Source: Dipteris shenzhenensis (Eukaryota). Taken from it: a DNA stretch of 64,000 nucleotides. The notes under the pieces were generated by a model, which worked only from the letters and a program-made list of their open reading frames with translations, did not search any database and was not told the origin of the DNA. The stretch lies in the NCBI GenBank assembly GCA_047967505.1, contig CM106538.1; one strand, written 5' to 3'. Positions 52,001 through 63,068 of this stretch are shown here, one piece after another. A program made the translations under genes and the position numbers. The stretch's first letter is position 1, and the number at the start of each line of letters is the position of its first letter.

Positions 52001-52849
52001 CATATCCTCCTGAGCATGTAAGAGGAGGGGACGGACAGCCACTCTCACCATGTTCTGAAATTGTTGATGAAGCAAGTAGGCACTATTAACATGGAGCAAG
52101 CGATGACCAAAAAAAGGCATATCATCTGTCAGACGTGCTATTGATAATGTCAAGCATACTGGAAAATGATCAGATAGCAGGAGGGAGTGATCAATCCGCA
52201 ATGTACATGTAAAATCAGCATACTGCTGAGCATGCAGTAAATACCATCTGTCAAGTCGAGCCCAGTAATGAGTAAAGGCATTGTGATGATATGTATAACC
52301 CATATCTGTGTCCCTTGTTGAGAGCCATAGATCTTCTGCATGCAGAGATGAGAGCATATCTTCCCAATGTCGGAGCTCAGTGGGGATCATGTGAGAGCGA
52401 TGAGTAGTATTGTCTTGGGAGGCAGGCGAATTGTTAAAGTCTCCACACAAAAAAGCATTGGAAAGCCATGGATATTGTTTGAGGGAGGCCCACATTTGAG
52501 CTCTAGTCGCAGAAGTTTGTGAGGCATAAACAGATGCTATTTCATAGAGAGTATCCTGCCAGGTGCACCTGATCACCATCCATCGACCCTGAGGATCATT
52601 GTGGGCCACGGTGGGCTGTATATCATGTTTTACCAGCATGCAAACCCCCGAAAAGTGCATTGTACCAGCATAAAAAATATCATAACCAGCATAGTGGCCT
52701 TGCTGGCCAGCCAAGAAGTGTTGGTTGTGTTCTTGTAAGGAGATCACATCGGGATGCATTCTATGTACATAATGCCAGAAAAGTCTCCACTTATTGACAT
52801 TGCAAAGACCCTGAACATTGTATGTAATGCAAGTAATTGAAGTAGACAT
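49031..52849 (-). CDS. LINE ORF2: AP endonuclease, reverse transcriptase, C-terminal zinc finger (1272 aa, uninterrupted)
   Basis: YNVQGL, LQE, GDFN, RLDR, SDH; WRPISL, DIAKAFD, VRQGCP, YADD; CPRC..HLLWFC. Confidence 0.97.
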   Translation of the reverse strand: MSTSITCITYNVQGLCNVNKWRLFWHYVHRMHPDVISLQEHNQHFLAGQQGHYAGYDIFYAGTMHFSGVCMLVKHDIQPTVAHNDPQGRWMVIRCTWQDTLYEIASVYASQTSATRAQMWASLKQYPWLSNAFLCGDFNNSPASQDNTTHRSHMIPTELRHWEDMLSSLHAEDLWLSTRDTDMGYTYHHNAFTHYWARLDRWYLLHAQQYADFTCTLRIDHSLLLSDHFPVCLTLSIARLTDDMPFFGHRLLHVNSAYLLHQQFQNMVRVAVRPLLLHAQEDMDFAWISLAHRLQAVIQDYGRSYMENLRLKIKWAQSHKQQMDAISSHRQLTSSEQDSCAYAVHIIHQNDLRKLKKWQIRARMKPLLDKGCSSKAFFKSLHADRRKEDICRIKKADGTWTTSKSDLELQCSSHFQHLLSSQPDHLMQVNAARSQFLMHVQPIVSREQAHALEQPFMLSELEDALSHLRKSSSPGWDGLTVEFFRAFWGDLKNTLLLMINHAWAEQSLPPSWKHGLVKLIPKKRLCETMADWRPISLMPVIYKLIAKMIVLRVRFLLQAGLHPRQYGFVPRRQITDNISNALLAIEYAKYSKQDVLILQVDIAKAFDTVHWDFISQTMQKLGFGPRLVHIIYWLYSHATAQCLLGGGLSRTWTMTRSVRQGCPFSSLLYAIATHPLLLHMDYLADTGQLHGLQIPGAQSFLAQAYADDSYFMPRNSQSDLSRLMHTLNDFGIAAGLHINFQKSKLLALKEADWHALFWPGHIISSLTIVRHLGYPIGWNITPQQQLKWVLQKINKKLEYWHLSTWPLHVRLRIVQSIIMAYVQFYLPLLPWSFKHLASYMSQAMEILWKSKSHKKALRLLPMQSICSPKTHGGLNILNLQVHMLARKSTMIADFFQQKQPWAIMLAAMCGNMASHAYGHWITDHWEAVLSSFQGKIPGCPVSTAFLHDWKRILSYAKWTGASSHHGNSFRLESIHWSKVFASPLALQAPIKAYNLMKLGIRFVGDVVDQQGYTLSFPQACRTFSLGLHHRSIWRTLSTMLQPFVPVPPLFAQDRLMDWNLTSIPPATHTLSIHNLTSSKVYRFLLPQPWIDKHANTLWNLDRPLSWWQSRLMKIWKAKLPLKQRLFLWRCIVGAFSIGVKLAARRIASPFCPRCSHPRETVPHLLWFCPHSRTLITHVSHLLRLRFPSSRFGKLFWMFGCLSSQMSPLLLFFHWTPFWVLWTIWTQRLHSRMGQQFPQAYIFFRMSLKQSLHDSFAARDLDATSLEVFSTCF

Positions 52850-52896
52850 AAAAGATATGTACAGTCAAACCAAAAGGCAGAATAAAGTGTAAACTG

Positions 52897-54098
52897 TCAG
52901 GCCTCAGCCATGACATCAACATCCACCTGGGCTCCTGGATCATTAGCTCTATGATCCTCATCATTATCACATACAGGGATGCCTCTTTTTAGCACATCAA
53001 CCCACAGTTGAGAAGCAAGGCTGTCAGCAGGGGAAGAGGTCTGACCAGGGGTAGAAATTGAGGCATCCCAATGGCGAGATTGTAGTGGACGTGGTTTGAG
53101 AGCAAAAACCTTTTTGGGTTGCTGCCAGGCACCCTGGGGAGGGACATGAGATTCTGAAATTTTGCCCTTACCCTTATCCTTTTGCTTAGCTGAAACCTGA
53201 AGTACATTTTCTTTGGAAGGGACAGATTTGAGAGCCGCATCACCCAATTTGGTAGGCATTGCCTTAGACTCCGAGGCATAAGTCGGAGGGGGAGTATTTT
53301 CTGGAGCAATAGCTGTGGGTGGAAGCTGATGCAGAACTGGAGGACACTGTGAGGCTAAGTGGCCAAACTTATGGCATGTGAAACAAGCACCTGCAAAAAC
53401 TCCCCATTTCAAGTCAAAATATTTTTCACCAAGGGGAACATCCTCCACTTCTACCACAATGGAAGGAGGGGTTGGGTGATCTGTATCCCAAAGAATACAA
53501 AAGCGATTGCGATTACCCGAAGGGCGGGGTGGGCATACAACTTGCCCCAAAGTGGCTGCCAAACTTGGTAACTCAGCCCTCATATAGTCTGGAAAATCCA
53601 CTACCTCAACGGGGTTGAGTGATGTCGAATGAGGCTGTGGTAATCTTTGTTTGGCGACCATGGCATGACATGCACCATTTGTCTGCCATAGAAAAGGGGC
53701 GACATCTCCAAAATCTGCTGGCGATATGAGGCATCCGAAAAGTGCACCTCATAAAAGCCCCTAGAAGCAAAATATACCCCTTCAACAAAGCAGCCTCCCA
53801 ACAATGCCTGAACCCACTGAGCCACATCATTTGCTGAAGGTAGCTTTCCTGGGAAGAAGATGATAACTGCTTGCTGAGAGAATTTTCGAAGAGGAGCAAC
53901 CAATGATGGAAGCTTCAACTTGTATTTGATGGCCGGGGGAGGTTTGGCCCACTCCTTCCGGCTGTACTGAAATTCATCTTTAAGCATATCAAAGACATAG
54001 TGAGCGTCGACCGAATCTGTGGTAGAAAAATCAACCTGTTGTCTTTTGGAGTCCCGGGTCGACTCCTTACGAGAGTAGCTTTTGAACTGATCTTCCAT
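52897..54098 (-). pseudogene. LINE ORF1 (RRM/DUF4283-like region plus CCHC knuckle), one frameshift at ~53610
   Basis: MEDQFKS start at 54098; RGFYEVHF..VHVMPW; CFTCHKFGHLASQC; split between ORFs 53601-54137 and 52897-53661. Confidence 0.88.
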
Positions 54099-54589
54099 GA
54101 AGAGAAACAGGGCAGGATTGAAGGAAGGGCGGAACAAAGAAGGGCTGTACGGACGAAGAATAGGCTAGAGATGCGAGCTGTACGGAATGAAGGAGGAGGC
54201 AGGGAGAGTAAAGACTGTACGAATTTCAGAGGTGGAAAGGGCGGCTGACGCAACAGGCAAGACTATATGTACGGAAAAGGGCAAGTGGTACGGCGGTGCA
54301 ACGGGGAAGATGGCGCAGGGCAAGCAGACGCGACGGAGCAACGCAGGGAAAGAGAAGTGTGGCTGTACGGCGTCCGTACAAAAGTACGGCGTCCGTACAA
54401 TTGTACGGGCAGAACGCAGGAGCCAGCGGAAGAACGCAGGGATGAACAGAAACGCGACGCGGACGTGTACGAAGAGCGCAGGGATGAGCGGAGACCCTCG
54501 AGTCGTGTTCGTTTCTCTCGCACACTTTGTCTCCCTCGCCGTCGTCACTCCTCCTCGACTCGTCGCCTCACCGCAGCTCTCTCTCTCGC

Positions 54590-54621
<32 letters not shown>

Positions 54622-55799
54622 TGCGCGCACACACTGAGCAAACTCTCACACACAAACAAACAAACAAACTCTCACACACACTATGTATGCAACTGATGCA
54701 TTCAGCCTTTGCCTTTCAAAGGGAAAATACATGAACAAGAGGTGTATTGCATTCACAACTTGTGCCCAACTCTTGCAAGTGTCAGGCTGTTCACTCAATG
54801 CATAAACCCACAAGGTTGCCAAAGCATCAACAACTATGTTGCCTCTTTCCTGGCTGCTCCAAAAAGCACTCAGAATGCATTTGTTTTCCCTTCTATGTAC
54901 ACAAAGGCATGCATTTCTTAACTTGTGCAAATCTCTGATTTTTCTTTGTTTTCTGCTGATTTTCGACAGGAAATAATTGACAGGTAGGTGGAAACTGATG
55001 GCAAAAACTGTCTTTTTTTTTTGGGCAGTAACTGGATGAGTAACCAACTGGTTACACTAACCAAACCAACTGGTCTAGGTCTGGTTGGATGGACAGACTA
55101 ATTGGTCTGTAACCAGGCCACTAACTGAACTAAACTGGTTAACTGGACCAGTCTAGCTACTTAATTAGACAGTCTGGTTAGTTTGTCCTCTGACCAGATC
55201 TCTTACCAGGGTCAACTAACCAGGGTTAAATAACTGCATTAACTTGACCAAGGTCACACTAACCGCAAGTCTGCTAACTCAATTGACACATCAGCTGGTT
55301 GCCAAGTCAGCATACACCCTGTCACTTGCCACATCAGCTAACACGTGTCACTGGCACGTCAGCCTGCACATCAATGCCACATCAGCAAGTGAGCTGGCTG
55401 TCACATCACCTTCCCTGCTTGTTGCTGAGCATGCGAGGGCGTCGTCACTACGAAAACATCCGTTCAGAGCATGGCGACAGGCGGGCTTTACCTGCATGGA
55501 AAGTCATCAACGCCTCTTTTTTTCTATCAGTCACGTCACGCTCAATTCTCCCGGCCATCATCTCTTCACCGGAGAGAAATGTGTCGGAGGAAACTTGACG
55601 ATGGACACCAACGTAAATTCCCTGTACTCGCATTGTGTGATCTCTGCAGCACTCAATCTGTGCATGAGGATTATTGCGGGCGTTGATATGACAACCAATC
55701 GTCCGCTCGTGAAATTACTTCACACGAATAAGGCGGATACTTGCACGTCACCCGTCAGCCCTTTTTCGGTCTCACAAGGTCATGATCTTTAACCCCTCT

Positions 55800-57910
55800 T
55801 GAGCAAACATGCAATGGAAGCAGTTTACTTTTACTTTTGGTGGGTCACCAGTTGAGATCGTATCCTCATACACTTACTTGGGGGTCATCTTTTCCGGCTC
55901 GATCTTCACGATGAGACCAGTGATGCAGGCCAGACTGAGCAAGGGATACGCCTCACTGGCTCGGCTAGAGAGACAATACTTCCACTCCCATTGAGCAGGG
56001 GATATGCCTCAATGGCTCGGCTAGAGAGACAATACTTCCACTCCCACTTCCAGGACCCTCGGACCAAGGCTCTTCTCTTCGACTCCTTGGTTCGACCAGC
56101 TGGTATGTATGGCAGCCCTTGTTGGGGGCCTCACATGTCGGAGATAGAGTGGACACGGGTGGAGCACCTGCAAATCCTCATGCTCTCAGGGATGATCCGG
56201 GGGAAATCGTCTGTACCACATCACATCATTCAAGCCGAGTTTGGTGCTTCTCCACTCCAGCTAGTTTGGCACTGTATGAGAGAGTCTTAGGCCGAGTTCG
56301 AACAGGCGTAGGCTGGACAGATGAGATCTTGAGTACCATAGGGGTCAAACAGGGTGACGACACCAGCGATGCAGGCCAGAGTGAGCAAGGGATACGCCTC
56401 ACTGGCTCGGCTAGAGAGACAATACTTCCACTCCCACTTCCAGGACCCTCGGACCAAGGCTCTTCTCTTCGACTCCTTGGTCCGACCAACCGGTATGTAT
56501 GCAACCCTTGTTAGGGGCCTGACATGTCAGAGATAGAGTGGACATAGGTGGAGCGTCTGCATATCCTCATGTTCTCACGAATGATCCGGGGAAAACTGTC
56601 TATACCACACCACATCATTCAGGCCAAGTTTGGTGCTTCTTCACTCCAGCTAGATGCAGCCTTTCAGACCATCACATATCTACACGGGGTTAGATCATAT
56701 GGAGACTACACATCAGGGAGACAGAGGTTGCCATGGTTGGCTCTCGATTCCTCCATGAGGTTGGCAGCAGAGGGAGACAAGCGATGCTGGTATGCACAGA
56801 CTTATAGATGGTTTGTGAGACTAGGGTTCCAAATCGATAGGATACCTCCTTTTCAGTACAGTTTAGATGCCCCTCTGGTACTCCCACCCACCATCCCGAT
56901 TGGGCCACACACCAACCAGGTCATTCAACAGGATCTCCTGTAGCTACACACCTTTAGGATCTGGTTGGAGCCGAGGGAGCTTCCAGTGAAGCTGAGTTTC
57001 TACAGAGATTACTGTCTCCGTATTTCGGAGGAGGGATTCATCACACCACCGGGGTACATTGAGTTTCATATGCCTCACTCACTACGGATCTCCATCGGAC
57101 AGTTTCGGGTATCATCACACCGCCTCCGCATAGAGAGCGGCAGAGCAGAGGGGATTCCTGGGGAGAATCGCTTATGCATATTGTGCGACTGTCAGGAGGT
57201 TGAGTTGGAGGAGCATTTTATTTTCAAGTGCCCAGTGTACTACGAGATCCGAGGCTGCTACCACTACCTCTTCAGAGACATCTCCGGGCTCCTTTCCAGA
57301 TTCCTCACCTACCCAGATCAGAGATGCCTCGTGGCCTTCATTCACGAGGGGGTCCGACACAGAGAGTACTTACTCAGGCGACGGGGCTTGGCCACATTAT
57401 CAGACACCTCTCAGAGCAAGATCACAGAGTTCTTCCCATCGAGTGACATTGATCGTCCAGTCTCTAGCCACAAATGTGACAAAGACCGTGACTTGACGAT
57501 CGCCATGACACACGAGACATCGAGGGGACACACAGATCACTCTGGGGGACCTCTCGTCATTGTTTAGACCGGGATACGTACCATGGGAGTGATGGTGGCT
57601 CTGGTCTTGCGTCGAACCTCGTCCAAGAGACCGAGACGCACGGCGCCCCTTGACGGGCGTCAACATTTGATCATCGGCTATGCACCAGTCAGGGCGACAT
57701 GACATACAGAGGATTTCGCTCCGCTCCAGTCCTTTTCTTTTCATTGCTACATCCAGATGTATTTGATTATGTATGATCAGACTTAGGATTTAGCATAGGT
57801 GATGATGCTCGTTTCAGTAGCTCCACCCTTATTGTGATTTGTATCAGGTTTTCTTTCAGTCTCATAGACCCATCGGTCTTCTGAAGACTCTAATAAAATT
57901 TCTTTCTTTC
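55800..57910 (+). mobile_element. 5'-truncated, internally rearranged RTE/RTEX-like LINE with (TTTC)n tail
   Basis: EIVSSYTYLGV, LLFDSLVRP and FRVSSHRLRIESGR..RLCILC..EEHFIFKCP. Ends AATAAAATTTCTTTCTTTC at 57910. Clade assignment is tentative. Confidence 0.8.
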
Positions 57911-59260
57911 TAGACTCACTGTGGTGCGCTCAACATACAAGGCCATGTCATCTGCAAACTCCGAGTCAAGGAGCTTCTCCTCCTGTCTGATTGGGAGCCT
58001 CAACCTTGTGAGACCCGCCAGCTGTGATCTCAAGTAGTAGCCCAGAGCCTCTGCTACAAACAAGAAGAGGGAGCTAGTGGGCAGCCTTGGCGGATCGAGC
58101 GAGAGAGAGGAAAGGCCTCGCCTGTGTGTCCTTCGATAATCATATGACTAGAGCTCCTTGCGTATAGCGTTGGAACTCCTCTGACCCATCGGTCTAAGAA
58201 ACCCAATCTCCTCATAGTGCCCTCGAGGAAAGACCACTCCACCCTGTCGTAGGCCTTCTCGAAGGCCAAGAGAAGGATGTCTAGTGGCTGTGACTCCTCC
58301 TTGGACCAATCCACTGCCTCCCAGAATGTGAAGATGTTGTCCAGGATGTTGCGTTCCTAGACAAACCCAGTCTGTGTGTCATGGATGATGTCGGTAAGAT
58401 GAGGCCGTAACCGCAAACTCAAGACCTTGGCGAGGATCTTGTATGTAGTATCAAGCAAAGTGATCGGCCTACACCGTTGGATATCTGACCTATCTCCCCC
58501 TTTCAGGATCAAACAAATCCACCCCGTGCGCAAGGATAGAGGGAGAAGGCCTGTGTCGAAAATCTCCTGGCAAGCTAAACGGAAAGGAGTGGCGATAATC
58601 TCCCAGAAGTTCCGGATGAAGGCCGGAGTCAAGCCATCCTCCCTCGGCATTTCTGGGTCGGGAGAGCCTTGAGGGCTTCCTAGAGCTCCTCATCTGTGAA
58701 AGGCTCCTTAAGTCTGTTATAGGTCCCGCGAGACTACTGTCAGAACGTGATCCCAAACAAGCTCTCGAGCCACAAGAACGGCTGGGGTCATCCTTTCTGT
58801 TTGAAAGAGCTGGCTATAAAAACTGTTGGTCATGGCAAGAATCTCTTGCAGGTCAGTGTACATGATGCCCTGCGAGTCCCAGAGATGATGTAGCTGTGTG
58901 CCGGTCGATTAGGGCCCAGTGGTTTGAAAGAACTGCTTCATCATCCTATCCCCGTGTTGTACCCATCGGGCCTGGGAGGAATGATAGGAGAACTCAGCCT
59001 GCCGCAGCTTCGTGTCCCAAAGCTCGAGACGAGCGCTCTCCAATCTATCATTAAGCCATTGACACACTGGGTTCTGCTACCTGAGCCTCTCGATGGAGGC
59101 GAGGTCTCTCCTCAAAGCCCGCTCGCGCTCCTGGAGGGTCCTCCTCCGCCTGAGGGCGTGAGCTTGCAGCTCCACATTGCTCCTTTGAATCGCATCCGCA
59201 ACCCACGCCACCCAGCCCTCACTTGGTGCCATCTTTGAGTGCTCCCAGATCTCTGCCGAC
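57911..59260 (-). mobile_element. L1-like LINE RT fragment
   Basis: DGLTPAF, RPITLL, AFEKAYDRVEW, IRQGCPLAP and EFADDMALY. Confidence 0.85.
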
Positions 59261-59306
59261 CTAGCCATTTCTTGATCATCATAGTTTAGAAAAACCATGA
59301 AAACAT

Positions 59307-60633
59307 GCTCTGATACCAATGCAATCTTCCTGCTTCATCACTACGAACAACTCTTGTTATCTCTTCATTCGAACCATCACATAACAGCATACACTCTCTT
59401 TTGCGCGCTCTCCCTCTCTCTTTGCGAACACACTAGGGCCCAGGACAACACGTCGGGCTGGACCCCCCTGAAGGTATTTTATTCATGAGAGATAATCTGA
59501 GTACAAGCGTTTCAGCATAGAGCTGTTGTTACAAAATTTAGAACCTGAATCCAATTACAAAGGAACTCAAGGCTCATTCTTTTGGCAAGCTGCCACTTGT
59601 CTGATTTCTAGCCTAATTCTAATATCATGTCCATGGGTAAGGTCTTTTGGGGTCCTTAGCAATTGGTCATAACTCCTAATTGCTTGCGAAGCTCCGCAAT
59701 GCCCAAGTTTGGAACCTTTCTTATACATGCAACAATTAAGTAAAGCGCATAACCATGGCACCCTGTAATTGTTAGTGCTTCACATGCGAATAATAAGCTC
59801 TAGACTAATCCTAGTCACTGTGGGCGTCCCTACCAAGCAAACATGTGAACAAAGCATAGAACACAATTCTTGGTCGACGGAGGTCAACCCTCTTGGTCGT
59901 AATTAAGGGGCTTGACCATCAGTCAAAGCGCCTTAATTATGGCCAAGTCTCTCCAACCGAAGTTGGCGCACAGTGGTTAACGAGGTTAACCTTCTTGGCG
60001 TGAGCCAAATCTCGTTGGCTGAAGTCAACACTCTGTGACCGAAGTCAGTACTTTAATTGCTTGGTTAATCGTGGTTAACCATCTTGGACGAAGTGAGATC
60101 TTCCTGACCGAGGCTAGCCTTACTTAACTGAGGTTAAGTATCTTTGACCGGAGTCAAGACTTCGACCAAATGAAAGTAACTCTTTGAACATAATTAAATA
60201 AATGAAGAACTCGTTACAACTTTTTCTTTGACTTTTGGAATATTTACAGCCTGGTGATAGTTGGAGAGCTCATCGTTTCTGCTTTCTCCTAGTTTCTTTT
60301 GTATGCATTCAATCTCAGCATCCTGAAATTTACACACCTCCTTGATGCTGATATGCATCCTTTGATGTTCTTGTCTTCTATTTTCTCCGATTTGGTTCAG
60401 ATGACAATATACTTGCGCTCCTTTTCGCCTCTTGTTTTCTGGTCCTGTGGGCTGCCCATTGATCCCATTTGGTCTCTTTCTTGATCAGTGCTGACGGGCT
60501 GTTTTATATTTGCAGGTACGATCAGTTGGAGACGCTTGTAGCGGCCCCCCGTGCAGGGGAGGTGGGGTAGTTTGGTGGAAAGGTTTGTTGGGGTAGGCAA
60601 TGTACGTACCAAGGGCCTTGTAGGGCTACTCCT
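59307..60633 (-). mobile_element. PBS and adjoining long LTR-like sequence of a minus-strand LTR element; probably continues at 63069-63262
   Basis: GCTCTGATACCA (reverse complement of the tRNA-iMet PBS) at 59307-59318, next to TG at 59320. The far boundary is unresolved. Confidence 0.55.
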
Positions 60634-63068
60634 TGTTGGAGATAAGTGCACACTAAGTGTACTATTTCCTAGTCTAAGTCTAAGTCTAGTCTTTATGTCT
60701 TGAGTGTGTGCCATGTGGCACTTCTACAATTATCCCATAAACACTCTTGCATTATGTCTTGTACTTTGGCCCATATATTCAATGGGTCACATCATTCTAA
60801 TCAATCAGTCTAGCTTGTGTCTTGTCTACACTTTTCTCAAGGTATTTCTTGTCTTCTAGTCTTGTCATTTCATTTCCATTTCCAGTTTCTAGTTCTAGTT
60901 CTTTTTCATATTCCCACATGGTATCAGAGCTAGATTGATCCCTCTTCTCCCCCCTCAGTCTGCTGTAGCCATAGCTGCCTCTTCTCAGATTTCTCCCCCG
61001 CTCAGCTGGTCGCCATCTTCCTCTTCTGCCCGTCTTCTCCACGCTGCTGCCGTCCCTGCTGCCGCTGTAAATCTGCCCGCCATCTCTCTTCCAGATCTGC
61101 GCGCCAGATCTGCACGCCATTGCGCTGCCAGATCTGTTGCGCAGTTCCATTCTCTACCAGATCTGCACGTCAGATCTGCGCAGATCTGGCGCTGCTGTAG
61201 CTTCCGCTCCTGCTGTCGCTCAGCCAGATCTGAGCGCCAGATCTGCTGCCACCGACAAATCTGCGCAGCATCCATCTCTGCTCTCCGTACGACCGCCGCT
61301 GTACGCCACCGTACTTCGTTCGTCCCCGTCCGTACTCCGTCGTCAGTACTCTACACCATCGTCCGTACATCCGTACAGTCCGTACGACTGTACGGAATCC
61401 GTACCTGTACAGGCTGAAGACTTCTTCGACTTCATCTGCCTCTTTCAGTTTGCTGAACAGTCTCCTTTTTTGCTGGTTCCTCCTACTTCGATGGGCTGTC
61501 ATATGCTATGGCCCTGACAAAGTGGTGAGAGAACCGGCTTCTGGGATCTCTTCCTCTCATTTATTTTCTGCAATATTGTAAGGGAATAGACACTGCCCTT
61601 GCATCCTAGCAAGAGGTAAGACCTTCCCACATGGCATCTTCCTCTCATTCTCTCATATCTATCGACAAATTCAATGGGTCCAACTTTCATACTTGGCAGA
61701 TCAAAATCAAGTGCCATCTTATGAAAGAAGGCCTTTGGGACATTGTTCACCGTGATGCTCCCGAAGGTCCATCTGAGCAAGTTGTTGCTGCCAAGAACGA
61801 CAAAGCCTATGCTATCATATTGCTCGGCCTTGGAGATGATTACATTCATCACATCTCCGACATACAGTCTGCTCCTCAAGCATGGATCACTTTGGACACT
61901 CTTTTTGGAGCCCGATCTAAAAACTCTAAGATTGCACTTATGATCTCATTTTTTGATCTACATATGCAGGAAGGAGCTACTATAGCCTCTCATGTCAATT
62001 ATCTTCGCAGTCTTATGGTTCAGCTTGCATCAGTCAAGTCTCCCATCTCCGAAGATATTGCTATTGCTGTGCTTCTCAAAAGCTTACCTGACTCCTATGC
62101 TACTCTTGTCACTACCTTCAAGTATCATAATAATCCTTCTCTTGAGGGAATCATCAATGCTCTCCAAGAGGAAGAAAGAACTCAACAACGCAAGGTAACT
62201 GACACTGCATTTTTAGCAAAGAAAGGCAGTTCTAAGGTAAGAAAGCCTTGCACCCATTGTGGCAAGACTAATCATGTGGAGAAGGACTGTTTCAAGGCTC
62301 ATCCATGCACCATTTGTGGCCGTGATAATCACCGGGAGAGGGACTGCTACTCCAAAACCTCTACATCAGCTCCTGCATCTACCTCAGCCCATGTTGCTGC
62401 AACATCTCCATCAGCTGATCCTACTGTTCCTTCCTTACATGATGAAAAGTGGGCTTTCTGATTACTTCTATGTTTTGTCTACCACCTTGACCACCGATGA
62501 TGTAGGTCAAGGGGTTCTAGTGTCTTGGTCTTTCTATTTGTCTACAGTCAGTCTTCTGTCTATCTAGTCTTGTCTGTCTGTCTATTTGTCTATCAATCTG
62601 ACTGTGTTTTAGATCCATCTTGTCCCTACCCTTGTGGACCCATATGAGGATATCACTTGAGGAGGGGTGTCTCAGGATTTTTTGTCTGTCATGTCTTCTA
62701 TCTTGTCTCTCAGTCTATCAGTCTTTATGTCTGTCCTCTAGTCTTGTCTTTCTGTCTTACTCCTAGTGTCCACTTAAGGAGGGTGTTGGAGATAAGTGCA
62801 CACTAAGTGTACTATTTCCTAGTCTAAGTCTAAGTCTAGTCTTTATGTCTTGAGTGTGTGCCATGTGGCACTTCTACAATTATCCCATAAACACTCTTGC
62901 ATTATGTCTTGTACTTTGGCCCATATATTCAATGGGTCACATCATTCTAATCAATCAGTCTAGCTTGTGTCTTGTCTACACTTTTCTCAAGGTATTTCTT
63001 GTCTTCTAGTCTTGTCATTTCATTTCCATTTCCAGTTTCTAGTTCTAGTTCTTTTTCATATTCCCACA
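60634..63068 (+). mobile_element. Gag-only (TR-GAG-like) LTR retrotransposon, very recent
   Basis: 285-bp LTRs at 60634-60918 and 62784-63068, identical by eye. Perfect PBS TGGTATCAGAGC at 60919-60930; PPT AAGGAGGG at 62776-62783. No pol. Confidence 0.96.
61631..62461 (+). CDS. gag: Copia-type Gag, 276 aa, intact, with two CCHC zinc knuckles
   Basis: DKFNGSNFHTW, QAWITL and LLKSLPDSY; knuckles CTHCGKTNHVEKDC and CTICGRDNHRERDC. Confidence 0.93.
   Translation: MASSSHSLISIDKFNGSNFHTWQIKIKCHLMKEGLWDIVHRDAPEGPSEQVVAAKNDKAYAIILLGLGDDYIHHISDIQSAPQAWITLDTLFGARSKNSKIALMISFFDLHMQEGATIASHVNYLRSLMVQLASVKSPISEDIAIAVLLKSLPDSYATLVTTFKYHNNPSLEGIINALQEEERTQQRKVTDTAFLAKKGSSKVRKPCTHCGKTNHVEKDCFKAHPCTICGRDNHRERDCYSKTSTSAPASTSAHVAATSPSADPTVPSLHDEKWAF

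Larger units (their letters stand above)
48919..54638 (-). mobile_element. Near-intact full-length L1-type LINE
   Basis: T13 tail at 48919-48931. TSD CAAACTCTCACACAC at 48904-48918 and 54639-54653 (also 54665-54679). Contains ORF1 and ORF2. Confidence 0.95.

Noticed and set aside
60797-61879. Overlapping ORFs in the gag-only leader, on both strands
   Set aside because: GC-rich repetitive leader or antisense shadows of gag, mostly with non-ATG starts.
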